DNA of 64,000 nt, from contig NW_005434668.1 in the NCBI RefSeq assembly GCF_000315625.1, forward strand, positions 812,533-876,532, written 5' to 3'. The stretch's first letter is position 1; each line of letters starts with the position of its first letter. The notes beneath the pieces were generated by a model. That model was not told where the DNA came from. It did not search any database and saw only the letters and a list, made by a program, of their open reading frames with translations. The translations under genes and the position numbers were made by a program. Of this stretch, positions 13,326 through 26,849 are shown piece after piece. The stretch comes from Guillardia theta CCMP2712 (taxonomy: Eukaryota > Protista > Cryptophyta).

Positions 13326-14243
13326 GCACGACATCAGCTCTTGATGGATGTCAAATATTGTAGTTTGGATCAAGATGATTTTTTTGTGCGCGAAACATTT
13401 GGTGACGCGGTCTCCCTATCTTGACGTGTGAAGGACTAAGAAATGTCCTTCAAACACTTTAATGCTAAATGCTTATAGTAAACCAGAATGAAGAAGTAAA
13501 GAATCTTTTATTGAGCCATTCATAAGCAGACCGTCCCTGGTATCGTTTTCATTTGATAATTTCGTGATGTACCTATGCTTGAAACTCAAGACAACGAATT
13601 ATACTTAAATCAATCTCCATCACTCGTCTCAGACCGTCTCACTCCTGTTTGTCTACTCATGATTTCTTCGACATGTAAATGATTTTCGAAAACGATTCTG
13701 TCTACAGAAGTGTGCAATGCAAATTCACGGGAAAATTCTGCTTCACGAACTGCCTTCTTTGCCACAACACTCAGGCAAAACTACGAATCAAACCATAGTC
13801 AATGGCAAACACGGTTGATGAGAGCACAAATCTCTACAATGTGCTACATCAGAAATTCCTGTTGGCTGAGACGCAAATGTGGGCAGAACGCCATGAAACC
13901 AGACTCGTAGGTCGGGCATGGCCTGAGTGTCGAGTCACCCTTCACTGTTTCAGCACGGAAACTATCGTCACTCGATGAAGGTTCGTGGCTGCACGTGTGG
14001 TAATGTCGTTCCTGAAGGCCTTCGCTCTCTTCCGTACGCTCGTCTCCAGCGTCCACTGCCGGATCGGTTTCAATGTTGCTGCAAGTCTGCTGCAAGCGCT
14101 CATTTTGTCGGACAATCACATAACGGGTAGGTGGTAGTCCTTTTGATACCGGTGTTTTTATCTCAACTCCTCTGAGGATGTCCAGGGTGGGTCCATAATG
14201 CAAAAAGGGGTCAGGGGTAGTGGGGAATTGTTAGGGTGACGGC

Positions 14244-15217
14244 ATGCCGGCCTCCGTGATGCTCCTGTACGCGGCCTGCGCGTTGGCAGCTGCCTTACTT
14301 GTTGCACGTGTGAGAGAGAACTCGAGCGAGCAGGCAGGAAAGGCTGTCCTGGGCTCAGGGGAGATGTTTGATGCCATAGCTCCTCGATACGATGTGATCA
14401 ACACTGCCCTGTCCCTGGGAATGCACTCGCTCTGGAGACGGAAGATGGTGTCTTCCTTGGAGCTGAAGCCAGGTATGCAGTTACTTTGTGACGTCTCTTT
14501 CAACTTTGTTTGGTGCTCTCTTACCAGAGCTCAAGGAAGAAAAATGTTTTGAACGACCTCTTCCAGGCTTCAAAGTTCTTGACCTCGGGACCGGAACCGC
14601 CGACGTTGCACTAGCCATAGCAAAGGAGCTGGCAAAGCAGGGAGGTAGCAAAAATATCGGGAAAGAAGCCGTGATTGGACTAGATCCAAGTCAGAACATG
14701 CTGAGTCATGGCCGAAAGAAAGTTCACAAAGCCGGCTTCAGTGACAAGGCGGTCAAATTGATACACGGCGACGCATTAAATCTGACCGCAAGGTACCTCA
14801 GATATATCATACGCATTTGTTCTTTATCTGACATTTCCTCCAAGTTTTGCAGAAGAAGCTAATTTTGATGCTGTGACTATGGCGTTTGCGATCAGAAACA
14901 TCCCAGACCGGTTGAGGGTGTTGCAGGAGATCTTCAAGGTTCTCAAACATGGCGGAAAGGTGGCGATTCTAGAGCTAGGGGAGCCAACGTTCGCTCCTGC
15001 GCGCTGGTTTGTTCGCTACTGCGTGCCTTTCATCGGGTCACTTCTTAGCGGTGGAGCAAGACGAGAGTATGAGCATCTAGAGAAGAGCGTCATGGCCTTC
15101 GATAGCAAGCGCTTTGCACAGCAGATCTCTGACGCAGGTTTCCAACTCCAATCGATCACGGCGATGAATTTTGGGAGCGTAAATCTCTTTGTCGCAACCA
15201 AAGCAGAGGCTGCGTGA
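14244..15217 (+). CDS. menG: MenG/UbiE-family quinone C-methyltransferase, multi-exon
   Basis: MFDAIAPRYDVINTALSLGMHSLWR, VLDLGTGTADVA (SAM motif I), AFAIRNIPD..L.E..VLKHGG; hydrophobic N-terminus. The symbol could equally be ubiE/COQ5. Confidence 0.85.
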
Positions 15218-15288
15218 TGGCCGTCTTGAATTCCTAGGGACATTGTTTGTAAATATCTTTTCAAATACACTTTAGTTCATGTGACAAA

Positions 15289-15780
15289 CTACTTTGAGCT
15301 ACTCTGTTCAGACTTTCCCCCACGAAAACCGAACCAATTCCATGAGCCTCCTTGCGCCTTTTGTCTTGCCTCAGGCTTCTCAACCTCAATGTTGTTGAAT
15401 ATTCCACCAACATCCTCATTTTGAGCTGCATCCGGCACTACCAACGGCTTGAATTTCCAGACGTGTCCTTCTGTTGACTTGGTGCTAAGGGAGCGCATTT
15501 CTTCCAAAAATTGCTGAAAAAGAACACAATAGTAAGGGGCAAGTCAGGTGGTAATGACGAAAAACTCCACCTTCGCTTTCGGGGTTTCTTCTCTTGCATT
15601 CAGCTTTTCCCACCTCAATCTTAAACACAACTCGAGGTATCTTTGTTGGGCATTGCAATCATCAGTAACTCCATCACGGTAAAGTTTCTTGAGCTGACAA
15701 CCCGGTGCGAGGCAGAACCAAAATGCATCGAGCGCTGAAGAGCAGCTCGGCAGTTCTTGCTCCTCGTGTACACTATCCAT
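15289..15780 (-). CDS. EMI1/DUF3128 (C22orf39-like) small Cys protein, 2 exons
   Basis: SCSSALDAFWFC...LYRDG...DC...LELCLR, then HVWKFK in exon 2. Confidence 0.65.
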
Positions 15781-16382
15781 GGAAGCTCCTGCGAGGCAAA
15801 TTAATGTCAGTCTTAGCCAGCTCCGTTCCTTCAAGAATGTATCTGTACGTTCTCAAACATGCAGGGTTCGCTTCAACTCGCTGCTACTGTCCATCTCACA
15901 ACATCGCTCCCTGTGCTCCTAAGCCATAGATCTACGACCCGGTCGTGCGCTCGCTAATATCACTCAACAAAATCTAGTAGAGTTCACCCGGCGGGACCGG
16001 TGACCGGGCGGGGCGTCCCGGGCCTCCGATCACAGTGACCGGGCCGCGGGCACCGTGACTGCGGCATGAAGTGACTTCCGAACTTAGGCTTCCGAACTTC
16101 TCGCCGTGTGGTTGCCAAGTTGTGCTATCATGATCCGGCTCTCAGTCATAGTAGAAAGGCGTAACTGACTCCCGGAGTCCCAGACGGACCATGATCATCA
16201 TGGCATATCACTGAGTCAATCTTAGCTGCTACCATGAGCCTTCAAAGTTCTGCTCAAGATCGGACCGTGCGATCTTGATTTAAAGCTCACCGTCAAAACA
16301 AGGGCTGGTGATTCAATGATCGAGGAGCACATGAGAGATTAGGATGTGAAACCCAAGCATCCAGACATGAGAGCCTGGGACC

Positions 16383-16784
16383 TTAGCAAGCCATGATGCC
16401 TAGGAAGGCCTCCTCCTCTTCGTCGAACGTACTACATTGCCGCCTTGCAACTTGCCACGTATATACTGGCACGGCTGACGCTGGCATGCGATCCATCGTC
16501 GACTTGAACTGGCGCCCACTGAAGCATCCAGACACTGATGAGAAGAGACCGTAGTGCGACGGTTTGGACTTGAAGACCGAGGCTCGTCTTGTGGCGCCTC
16601 GAAAACCGTATAGCATGAGGGGTGTCTCGTTTACACTGAGGAGAGTTTTGTTTACTCGGCGAGCACGGCTGGCATGCGATCCATCATCAAAGCTTTGGTA
16701 CGGCCCGAGGCTCGAGCATCCTCTGAGTGCTTGACAACCGCCCGATCCCACCACCTGAGTCTTACCGTACTTGACTTGTATCAT
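16383..16784 (-). CDS. hypothetical protein
   Basis: 133-aa ATG-started ORF; no domain recognised. Confidence 0.3.
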   Translation of the reverse strand: MIQVKYGKTQVVGSGGCQALRGCSSLGPYQSFDDGSHASRARRVNKTLLSVNETPLMLYGFRGATRRASVFKSKPSHYGLFSSVSGCFSGRQFKSTMDRMPASAVPVYTWQVARRQCSTFDEEEEAFLGIMAC

Positions 16785-17659
16785 GGATTGAGCGCTCTCA
16801 GTTCTTACAGCATTGACTTTATAAAAACGACTTTCAATTCTGTGTGATGTGCTACCAAAAATTTGTCGACAACATGTTCATCAAGCTGCATATCGTTATC
16901 CTCCTTTTTCTGTTCCACAAGCAATCTAATTGAATGAACATGCTGAGTGAATCCGAAGGTAACCAAATTTTCAAGTTCTATTCATTCAACACTTCAAGTT
17001 TGAAAAATCTTGATAATCCTAATTACAGTACAAGTTCAGCTCTGCTGCGAGCTATTCTCTCTCACAAGTTTGTCACTCATGGCCTGCTCGCCTGTCGCTT
17101 ACAAGATTCATTACAGATGATGTCTTGCGCGAGCTCGTCACGTGGCCGGTTGACCAGGAAATTGCCGCTTGCGTCGATCGATCTCCTCGCCAGCATTCCA
17201 GTTGCCTCCAGCGCTTGAAAGTAGGTGCTGTCCTTCATCGCGACACCTTGCCAGGTGATGGAAGGGAAGATGGGAGAGGACTCAAGCAAACGGCTCACTC
17301 TCGCAGAAGGGGAAGTGGCTGAATCTTGTTCTGTTCTGTGCAGCGAACTATCTGAGATCTGCTGCTTGGCGCAAGTCATGATGGGGTTGTTGGAAACAAA
17401 AGGAAATGAAGGACAATATAACAGTTGCAGCAGGGAATCCACTTTGAATCCAAGATGTAGATGGGTATCTGAAAACTGGGCGGCAAGTGTGGAGGACTGA
17501 TACAACCAAGGATAGATCGCACCCCCACCCAATCGCTGCAATTTCAAGGCAGGACGGCGAAGCGACGTGATAATCCAGTCAGAGCTGACAAATCTCGAGC
17601 GGGAGCATTTATTTGAGACTTTACTGGCTCATTACGCACCGATTAGATGGGGATGGCAA

Positions 17660-18030
17660 CTAACCGTTGAACCGAGGCTCCGAGGCTCCGACTGAGCCCG
17701 TGGCCTCTCTACTCGAAGCTCCCCGTCGGAGGCTCAGGCCCGCCGCAGATCATATTTGTATCCGGGACGGAGTCCGGCGGACTCGGGCCAACTTAAGTCG
17801 CGATCCGGTGTCGGACCGTCCGACACTCCGAGGCGGCTCGGACTCCGGGAGCAGCCCGGCCGTCGGACGGTCCGGGCCGAGGCCGGGCCCCCGCCGGGCA
17901 CCGGGCCCCGCCGGGCACCGGGCCCCGCCGCTGGTGACGGCTGCAGTGTCACTGGCACCCACATGCTGCAGGCCGGCCGGTCGATGGCAGGGGGGGTACA
18001 AAGGAAGCCATGACCTGCCCGAGTGAGGAC
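17660..18030. promoter_or_regulatory. GC/CCGG-rich island with a 17-bp tandem repeat, upstream of the glycosyltransferase gene
   Basis: CCGGGCCCCGCCGGGCA about 2.8 times at 17883-17930, just 5' of ATG 18063. Regulatory role inferred. Confidence 0.45.
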
Positions 18031-18062
18031 GATGCCGCTGGGACTGCACAGAGTGAGCAGCC

Positions 18063-20504
18063 ATGATGAGGAGGATGAACTACAGACTAGGATGCTTCTT
18101 GCTCGTCCTGGCAACCCTCACACTGGTGACGTGCAGGAATCTAATCATAGGAGCCGAGTACAACATCAGAGCTGAGGAGCTCAGGATCTTTCTCGCCTCC
18201 CTCCGAGCATCCGGATGTACTGCAGAGGTTGTCCTATTCTCAGGAAGACATCAAGAGCACACGCAGCGACTGGCTGATCGATTCGGCGCCACAGTCATCA
18301 TGTACGATTTCCCGGAATTGAACAGGACGCACGGCCCTGTGGGAGTCCATCGCTTCAAACTCTACAGGCAGTTCTTGGAGAAGCGGATCGGGCAGTATGA
18401 GCATGTGCTGCATACCGACGTAAGAGATGTCATGTTTCAAGACGACCCCTTTGCTCGGATCGACAGCCATGGGGGCGGGGCTTTTTTCTTGGAGTCGAAC
18501 CACCTGCTGATAGGGACCTCTCCCACAAACAGGGGATGGATGACGGAGAACTGCTCGGTCTACAGGGCAGAGAACATGTTACAGAGAGTGTCTCACAGAC
18601 TTCGTTGCTGCTCCGGCAACATGTACGGGACTTCCCTCGCTGTATACTGGTACGCCAAACTGATGGAAGGTGTTGAAACAAGTGCTTGCACCCGGCTGTG
18701 CCTGATTGCTCCTCTTTCTTGTTGGCAGATGAGCAACAAAGGACAGCAACAGTCACGAGGGATGAAAATGGCAGTGTCATCTCCGGAGGATGGTGTGCTG
18801 ATCAGGCCGTACAGCAAGCGCTGCTGTGGACTGGGAGGTTCTCGCAGATGATGAATTTGACCACTTACTACAACGAGGACGGGCCCCTGTGTACGATGGG
18901 AGATGTTGTTTCTATCAGTGTCGATGATTTCGGTGAGGTGAGATGTGTGGTTCACTTCTGCGAGGATGCCGAGTGAATCAGTGCGGCAGGTCAGGAACAG
19001 CAAGGGAGAGTTGTACGCTGTCGTGCATCAGTATGACAGGCATAAGAGGGTCAAAGATTTGCTCGCTGCTCGGTACGACGAGGAGGACTCGCCTTCCCGG
19101 ATCAATCCCAACTTCGATCCGAACTATCAAGACCGCCTGCTCTACGGCAACCCCAACCTGATAGTCAGGCACCAAACTGCAGACGTGAGGATAGAGCCTG
19201 AAGGCGGGTTTGGGGATCCGTCGTCTATGCCGGGTGAGGAAGTCCAGGTGAAGCAGCAGCAGCAGGATGCGGGGGAGCAACCGGTGGCGACTTGTTCAAA
19301 GGGCGACACATGTTCAGAGGAGAGCAAGAAGTGGGAGGAGCTCGTGGCGGCCGCACCAGCCGGCGAGGCTGAGCATGTCGCGGCGATCGGCGCGATCCTG
19401 ACGGAGGAGAGCGAGTATCCGGAGGTGTTCGAGGGGAGAGGAGTGGTGATGGCAGCAGGGGGGAGAGTTCAGGTGGCAAACGCGTATGTGACGCTGAGGA
19501 TGCTGAGGAGGATCGGGTGCTCGCTTCCTGTGGAACTCTTCTATGCTGACGAGAGCGAGATGTCTGCCGAGGTCGTGGAGCTCCTTGAGGGGATGGGAGT
19601 GGTGTGCTATAACATCTATCACCTCCCCAACGTCTCCTCCTCCCTCCCCCTCCGCGGGTTCCAGATCAAGGCCTTTGCCGTCGTCTTCTCCAGCTTCGAA
19701 GAGGTGATCTGGCTGGACTCCGACGTTGTTCCCCTTCGCAATCCGCTGGAACTCTTCTCCTCCGCCCTCTACTCTGCTCATGGGAACGTCTTCTGGCAGG
19801 ACTGGAGCCGCGACCCTCACTGGATCAGCAGAGATTTCCTGGCGGCCTACGGGCTGCGGATGGAGGATGGGGAGAGGGAGTTGGAGGCAGGGCAGTTTGC
19901 TGTGAGCAAGAGGCGAGCATGGAGAGCCCTGCAGGTAGTCCTGTACATCAACTCGCATTTCATGCACTTCTACCGCAGGATGTACGGGGACAAAGATTCA
20001 TGGCGTCTCGCCTTCAAGCTCGCGCGCCTGCCGCTTGGCCGCGTCGCTCGAGCTGCTGACGCGGTGGGGCTCCTCGACCCCAGCGGCAGGTTCTGCGGCA
20101 ACACAATGATGCACTTCCTTGAGGACCAGCCCATGTTCCTTCACCGCACACTGCAGACGCTAGTCGCTCTTCCTACTCCGCTGCCGGGAGGCGACCAGGA
20201 GGGGCTGGAGGAGGTGCTGGCCAGGTACTCTTCCCGACGTGCATGGCAGCTCAGGACAGTGGGAGGACGGCAGGCTATAGCGCCAAGGCTGGACCCCCTT
20301 GCGGGAGGATGGAGGGTGGAGAAGGAGGAGGAAGATGAACAGGGGCACAAGCACTGGTGCCTCTACGTCGAAGGGGATGCGGATGTGGCCGTGGCTCCTG
20401 TGGAGGAAGAGATTTCACGCGCGGAGGAGCAGTTGAGAGACTTTCTGCTGGAGCTTCTCAAGACGAGGAGGCTAGAGACTCTCTCCTCCTCTTCCCTCTC
20501 GTGA
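18063..20504 (+). CDS. bifunctional glycosyltransferase: GT-A-like domain plus GT71 (Mnn2-like) alpha-mannosyltransferase
   Basis: Signal/TM anchor; VLHTDVRDVMFQDDPF; then RGVVMAAGG..LRMLRRIGCSLPVELF..IKAFAVVFSSFEEVIWLDSD..FWQD..YGDKDSWRLA. Two short introns (~18670-18730, ~18939-18989). Confidence 0.85.
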
Positions 20505-20594
20505 TCGATCTCATTATGATGTACATGAAATCAACACCAGGGTGAAGAACAGAGCCAAGCGCGCCCCTCCTGCTCCCTCTTCAACTCTGCCTGC

Positions 20595-23500
20595 TTAGAT
20601 CACTGCTCCTCTTCCTCCTTCTTCCTTCCCTTGACATCTTCTTGCTGTTCTCATGGCCGCTCGAAACCCCACTGTCCTCTCTCAGGGGTTGAGCATCCGG
20701 AGGGCAGGAAACTCGTCTGAGCGTCCGGTGAAACCCGGCGAACCTCCTCGTCCTCCTCATCCGAGGGAAGCGACTTGACTTTCTGTCCCTTCCCCTTCAT
20801 GTGCTCGTTGATGCTTCCAACGAGGTCGTCGAGCTCGCGTGCGAGGGTGTCGACCTTTACAGTGAGACTCTGCAGAAGAGTCAGAAGAGGAGAGGAAGGA
20901 GGAGGCGGATGGCAGGAGGCTGACGAGAAGAGAAGACACGAGATTGAGATGGAGAAAGGAGGAGGAAGAGGAGGAGGAAGAGGAGGAAGAGGAGGAGGAG
21001 GAGGAGGAGGAGGAGGAGGAGGAGGAGGAGGAGGAAGAGGAGGGGAGGACAGAGTAGAAGGACAGAGGAGACCTGGTTCTCCCGCTGCAGCTCTTCGATC
21101 ATCCGCCTGTCCTCTGCTGCTTTTCTTGCGAGCTCTTCGGCGCGTCTTGTCCTCGACTCGTTGGAGGAAATCTGAAGGCGCAGGAGGAGGAAGATGAGGA
21201 GGAGAGAGGGGGAATCAGGGAGAAGGAGATGAATGATAAGGGCCAGCATGGAGAGGATGGAGAGGACGGTGGATGGAGAAGATGGGAGGGGTAAGAGAAG
21301 AAAGAAGAGACGACAATGGTGGTGGAAGGGAGGGAGAGGGACGAGGTCAGAATTTCAACAGGCAAGCAAAGAATGTTTTGACTCACGAGTTCGCTTTCAC
21401 GCTTTGACAGCCTTCTGTTGTGTTGCTCAAGAGATGAGATTATTTCATCGCGTTTGTGAATCTCGTTGTTCAGAAATTTTTCGACTTCTTTCATTTCCTG
21501 ACAGAGACAATAAGGATAAGAATCAAGAGGAGATGCAAAGAACCTGTTTCAAGAGTCCAACTTGTCGTTCAGACTCTTGTAATCTTTCCCTTTGTTCAGA
21601 AATTTTTGAGTTTGCCTGAGATGAAACCGTAGTGGAATCGACCTTTTCCAGAACGATTCATTTGATCATGAAAGAGAACGACAAAAGTGTTCATCGCTCT
21701 CACCTTCTTCACCTTCTCCTTCAAATTTTCGACCTTGTCACGGAGCTTCGCTTCTGCTTGTTTGCTTCTTTCGAGGTCGGCGACCATCTTCTTTAACTCC
21801 TCTTGAACTTTCTCCTTCTCTACACGACATTCCTGCCAGGTGTGAAGCATAAACAAGTTCAGACATCTCATTTCATCCCTCACCTTCAAGCTCGACTTCA
21901 ATCTCTTGTTCTCGTCCTGTTCACTATCAGCACATCGAAACCCCTTCAAGACATCTCAACCTGCTGATCCTTTAAGTCATCTTCCAGCTCCTCATGTCTG
22001 TTCAGCAGCTCTTCATGCTGGCATTTGAGATCGGCGACGGACTCCTCCGACGACTTCAGGCAGCCTCTCAAGTTCTGTTCGTTTGCTCTAGCGCTCTTGG
22101 ATTCTGTCTTTGCATCCTTCAGCTCAGTCGTGAGCTCTTGAATCCTGTTCTCTCTTTCTTCAACCATCTTCTCCTTCTCCCTCAACTCCGATTCCAACCT
22201 CCGCGCTTCTTTCTGCTCCACCTTCCTTGCCGAGCAAACCTTGTCGTGCCTCGACTTCAGTTCCTTCAACTCCTCCTCCATCATCTCCATCTGCACGCTC
22301 ATCTTCTCAATTGACACCTCTTTGTGAGACAGATCCCTCGCCGATGCAGAAAATTTCTTTTCAGTCTGCTTCAGTTCCAGCTCCATCGACCTGATTGCCT
22401 GCTCCGCCTCTTCCAACATCTTCTGAGTGTTTTCCAGATTCTCCTTTTCCTCTTCCAACTTCCTCTCCAACTTTGCAGACCTGTTCTTCAGCTTCTCAGC
22501 CTCCTGTTCCAGCTGTTCGCACTTACGCCTTTCACTCTCCAAACTCGACGTCAGTTTTTCCATCTCCATCTCCATCTCCACCCTCGTCTCTTCCATTCTC
22601 TTCTTGGCGTTCAGCAACTCGGCAATGTCTGCATCTTTCCTCCCGACGACCTGCGAAACTTCTTTGTCCCTCTCCGAGCTCAATCTCTCCACGTCCACCA
22701 GCCTCCGCTCAACCGATTCCTTCTCAGCTCTCAGGGACGAGATTGCGTTTGACAGCTCCACTTTCTCCTTGGAAAGCTTCCGGACGTGCCTTGTCATGTT
22801 GAGGCAAGTCTCGCAGCGCTGAGGAGAAGAAGGCTTTGAACTCTTTGCGTGCAGTCTGTCAAATACCGTCTTCTTCTCCATCTCCTTCAGCTCATGTTCA
22901 AGTTGGAAAATCTTGGCTTCCCCGTCCTCCACCTTGCTCCTCATCATCAGGCACTCTGAGCAAACCTTCTCCCTTGAGTTCTTGTCCATGAGGCTGCGGG
23001 AAAGTCCTTTCAGCTCTTCCTTGAAGGAGAACACTTCCACCCGGAGGGAATTTCGTTCGGATATCAGCGCACTTTGCTCTCTCGATACCCTGTTGATCAG
23101 CGCCTCGCACTTTGCTTCTAGGAAGACCTTCTCACTCTTCAGCTTCTCAATCATCTCGATCGCCTCTCCGAACTTTGCCTTCAGCATCTCATGCTCCTCC
23201 CTCATACTCTCACCCGCCTCCTGCCTTGACACCTTCGTCCCGCCATCAAGATCTGAGCTCTTCAACCTCCCTCTCGAACTCCTCATGGAGGGACTGCTGT
23301 GTCGAACAGAATGACTGTATGCTTCCTCCTCATTGTTGGTGCTGACATCTTTACTTGACATGCCCACCTGAGTTCTCTCCCTGAACTTGCTTCTCCTTCC
23401 GTCTCCTTTCGCTGGTTTGCTGCCCATGCACACCCTGGCAAAATCCAGAGAGCACAGGGCAGAACGTGAATGTCGAGACGAGGACGAGAGAAGGACGAGC

Positions 23501-24516
23501 GCAGAAACAGATGAGACATGCTGCATGCTGTGACAGAAGTACTTGAAGAAGGATGAAGAGTAACCCAAGGGCCGGGCATCGTCCTCATCGTCCCCAAGAA
23601 TGTGCTCCAGCGCCTCCTCCGCGTCCCTGAACTTTCTCCTTGCCTTCATCATACCGATCACTCGTGAGACCATGTCAAAGTTACAGAGAGCGGCCCGGGA
23701 AGCGTCCTCACGGATCTGAAGCTCCACAAACGTCACGCTGGAGAGGATTTCTCTCGAGGAAGAGCCCGTTGTCTTCTCGAACGTGAGGTGGAGGATCAGA
23801 TCGTGGGATGTGCTCTCCCTCAAGGAAGCAGCAACCTTCTTCAACAGGGCCCTCACATCCTTCAAGCTTTCGGCTGCTCTGCGTGACAAGACAGTGGAAA
23901 ACTCCTTAGAGCTGAGAGATGAGTCGATCAGTGATCGCCGGTCGAAGAGGTCGCGACTCTCCATGTGGTCAGCCAGCATGGCCTGCAACCTCACTCTGAC
24001 TACACTCTTGGCCACCTGACTGCTGTCAACAACTTTGGTGATGAATCTCTCGATGAGGCCCATGTCAACAACGTCGTCGACGGTCCCAACAAGAGCGAAA
24101 GTCTTGCCCGCATGCTGGGAGCCTGCGACAACGACGCACGAACTTCTGCCCTCTAGCGCCTCGCTGACTAGGTGACTGCACACTCCCTGAAACACGAGGG
24201 CCTGCAAGAAGCCAGTCGGTCACTTCAGTTGCTGGACATGAGAAGCAACAAAGGAGTTCACCTGTGAAGAGTCTGCTGCGTACACGTTGCTGAACTGCAT
24301 GATCGTCCTCTCGTGGACTGCATGCTTGAGCTGTATGCTGTTCTCAAACGGAAGACACTTCACAAACTCGTCCCCGCGCGATCCCTCCTCCTTCTCCTCC
24401 TTCTCCTCCTTCTCCTCCTTCTCCTCTTCCTCCTCTTCCTCCTCGCCATCTTCATCGTCTCTGATCTTCACTGAGACCCTCACGTCTGTCTCTCGCGCTC
24501 TTCTCATACCGCCCAT
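20595..24516 (-). CDS. kinesin-like protein with degenerate motor domain and long coiled coil, multi-exon
   Basis: VRVSVKIR, FSNVYAADSSQ..VF, P-loop-like GSQHAGKTFAL, then >400 aa of heptad-rich coiled coil (ORF 21946-24207). Confidence 0.75.
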
Positions 24517-24688
24517 GTCATGGAGAAAGGGCTCTGTTTTAACGGACGCAGTCCAGTAACCCCCCATTTCATGCAGCTTAGTGACATGAATAAGGAGGTA
24601 GGGGTAGTCACTCCAAGAGTAGTCAATCAACCAAGAATGCGGGCTAACCTCAGAGCGTGAGGTTGTCGGGGAAAATGTTGGTGCCGGG

Positions 24689-26747
24689 ATGCTCAGACTG
24701 ACGCGGCGGGAGCGCTGGGAGGCCGAGGAAGCAGGAGACGAGGAGGAAGGCAAGGGGACGATGAGACCCATACCTGTGAGATGGAGGCAGGATGGCCTTG
24801 CCTTCATCTTGCTAGGAGGCATGACAGCAGTCTCTATGCTCACCACATTTCTGTTCGGGGTGGTGATCCTGCGACAGCAGAGTGAGAGGAGCGACTTGCA
24901 GGGGAGGAGAGCCATGGCAGGGGTGAATCAGCATCCTGAGTTCTTGATGAAGCACACAGCTCCCCTCTTGAAGTCTCCTCCTGCCCTTCAGGATCTTCCT
25001 CCATGCATGAACGCTTCAGACATCGGGACTTTGCTTCTGATATCTGGGGCCAATGTGTTTGATCCGACGCCGAGAGGGAGGATGGACATCTTGGTAGGAG
25101 GAGGGAAAGTCCTTAGAATGTTTGAAGGAGGAGGGTTCGATCCCGCGGAGTTAGAGCGGAAAGGCCTCTTGCGAGTCGTCGATGCTTCTGGTCTGATCGC
25201 GACTCCAGGGCTAGTGGACATGCACGTCCACCTGACAGGAGGAGGAGGAGAGGCAGGACCAGCGTCTCGTGTGCCCCAGCCGAGGCTCTCCGAGTTCATC
25301 CAAGGAGGACTGACCACGGTCGTCGGGCTCCTCGGGACCGACTCGATCTCGAGATCGCTGGAGTCGTTGTCGATGACGGTGGCAGGGCTGAACTTGCTCC
25401 CGATCTCTGCCTTCATGTACACTGGAGCCTACAAGTAGGAGCACCTCCACGTCTCTTGATCTCGCTGACCGGTCGGCAGGACTCTTCCGGAGAGTCCAAA
25501 CTTGCTTGGCTCGGTCATGAAGGACATAGCGCTGCTGGAGACGGTAGTCGGAGTGAAGGTATCTGCTCTGCCCTCTCAACCAGGCATCGCATCTGATCGC
25601 TCAGTGGAGGTTGCGATATCCGACTTCAGAGGGAGTCAACCCACCCTATCGCACATGGTGAACTTGGCGGCGGATGCCAAGGTGAGGGGACCGCCGGGTT
25701 TGGTCCACCTGTGCATGTTCTGATGGGATGACTCAGGTCGGGGGGATGCTGGGAGGGAAGTCCGGGATCGTGTACTTGCACATCGGGAGCAATGTAGAGA
25801 AGTTAGACATGCTGTGGGACATCGTGAGAGCTGAGACAACGAGCGTCTGTGGACATCACAACCCTTGCCCAGGTCAACATCACCGGTTTACCCAAGACCC
25901 AGGTTGTTCCCACGCACGTTGGACGAACTCCAGTGAGCGCTGGGAATCTAGGGAGGCAGGGAGGCAGAAAGTGGAGGAGGGAGGGAGGGAGGGAGGGAGG
26001 GAGGGAGGGAGGGAGGGTGGGTGGGTGGGTGGTTGGGTGGAGAGCGTTGTAACGTGAGTCAGGAACTGGCGCGAGCGTCTGCCATGTGGCTGAGAGATGG
26101 GGGAATTGTGGACGTGACAGCAAACTCCAAGGCAGCGGATGTTGTCGAGGCGTACATCAACGCCGGGTTGCCTTTGGAGAGAGTCTGTGTTAGCAGTGAC
26201 GTCTGAACAATCTCTTACCTCCTGTCGATGCTGAACTGAAGGTCTCAGGCCTTTGGATCTCTCCCCAAGTTCGACAGCAACAAGCAGCTCATTGGCTACT
26301 CCTACGCCAAACCGACGCGCCTGGTTAACTTCCTGAGAGGTCAGGGCAAGCGCTTCTCCTTCCTCCTCCCTCCTCCCTCCACAACCCATCTCTCTTTCCT
26401 CCCCTTCTACATTTCCCTCTCCCTTCTCTTATTCTCATGTCAGAAATGCTCGCCCGAGGTCACAACCTCGCTGAAATTCTCCCACTGGTGACGTACAACC
26501 CCTCGGCCACGCTCAAGCTCCCTCGAGGTAAACGTCCCCCTTTGAGGTGCAGCTGAAAACTCGCTGGGAAGGGAAAGGAAGGATAGTGGAGGGAGGAGAC
26601 GCAGACATAGCTCTGTGGAAACTCAACGACAAGGCAACGGAGGCGAAGGAGAATCTCGTCCTGAAAGGATTGTTTTCAAAGGGCATGACAGCTCTCTCAT
26701 CTACTTGTGTAGCCACCGACATGTTCGGGAGAATTCGATCTACGTGA
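24689..26747 (+). CDS. iadA: isoaspartyl dipeptidase (amidohydrolase), multi-exon, with N-terminal TM segment
   Basis: PGLVDMHVHLTGGGGEAGPASRVP, GLTTVVGLLGTD, GVKVAISDFRG, YLHIG, PTHVGR, SSD-AFGSLP, KGRIVEGGDADI. Confidence 0.9.
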
Positions 26748-26849
26748 AGGAGGAACAAAAAGCTAGCGTAAACGTCTAACAAGAGAACCAAGACTCTCAT
26801 GTCTTGTTCTGATCGACTTGATCGACCGTCATCCTTCTCCTTCGTTATG

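Noticed and set aside
21994-23314. Several + strand ORFs
   Set aside because: Antisense shadows of the coiled-coil kinesin-like exon.
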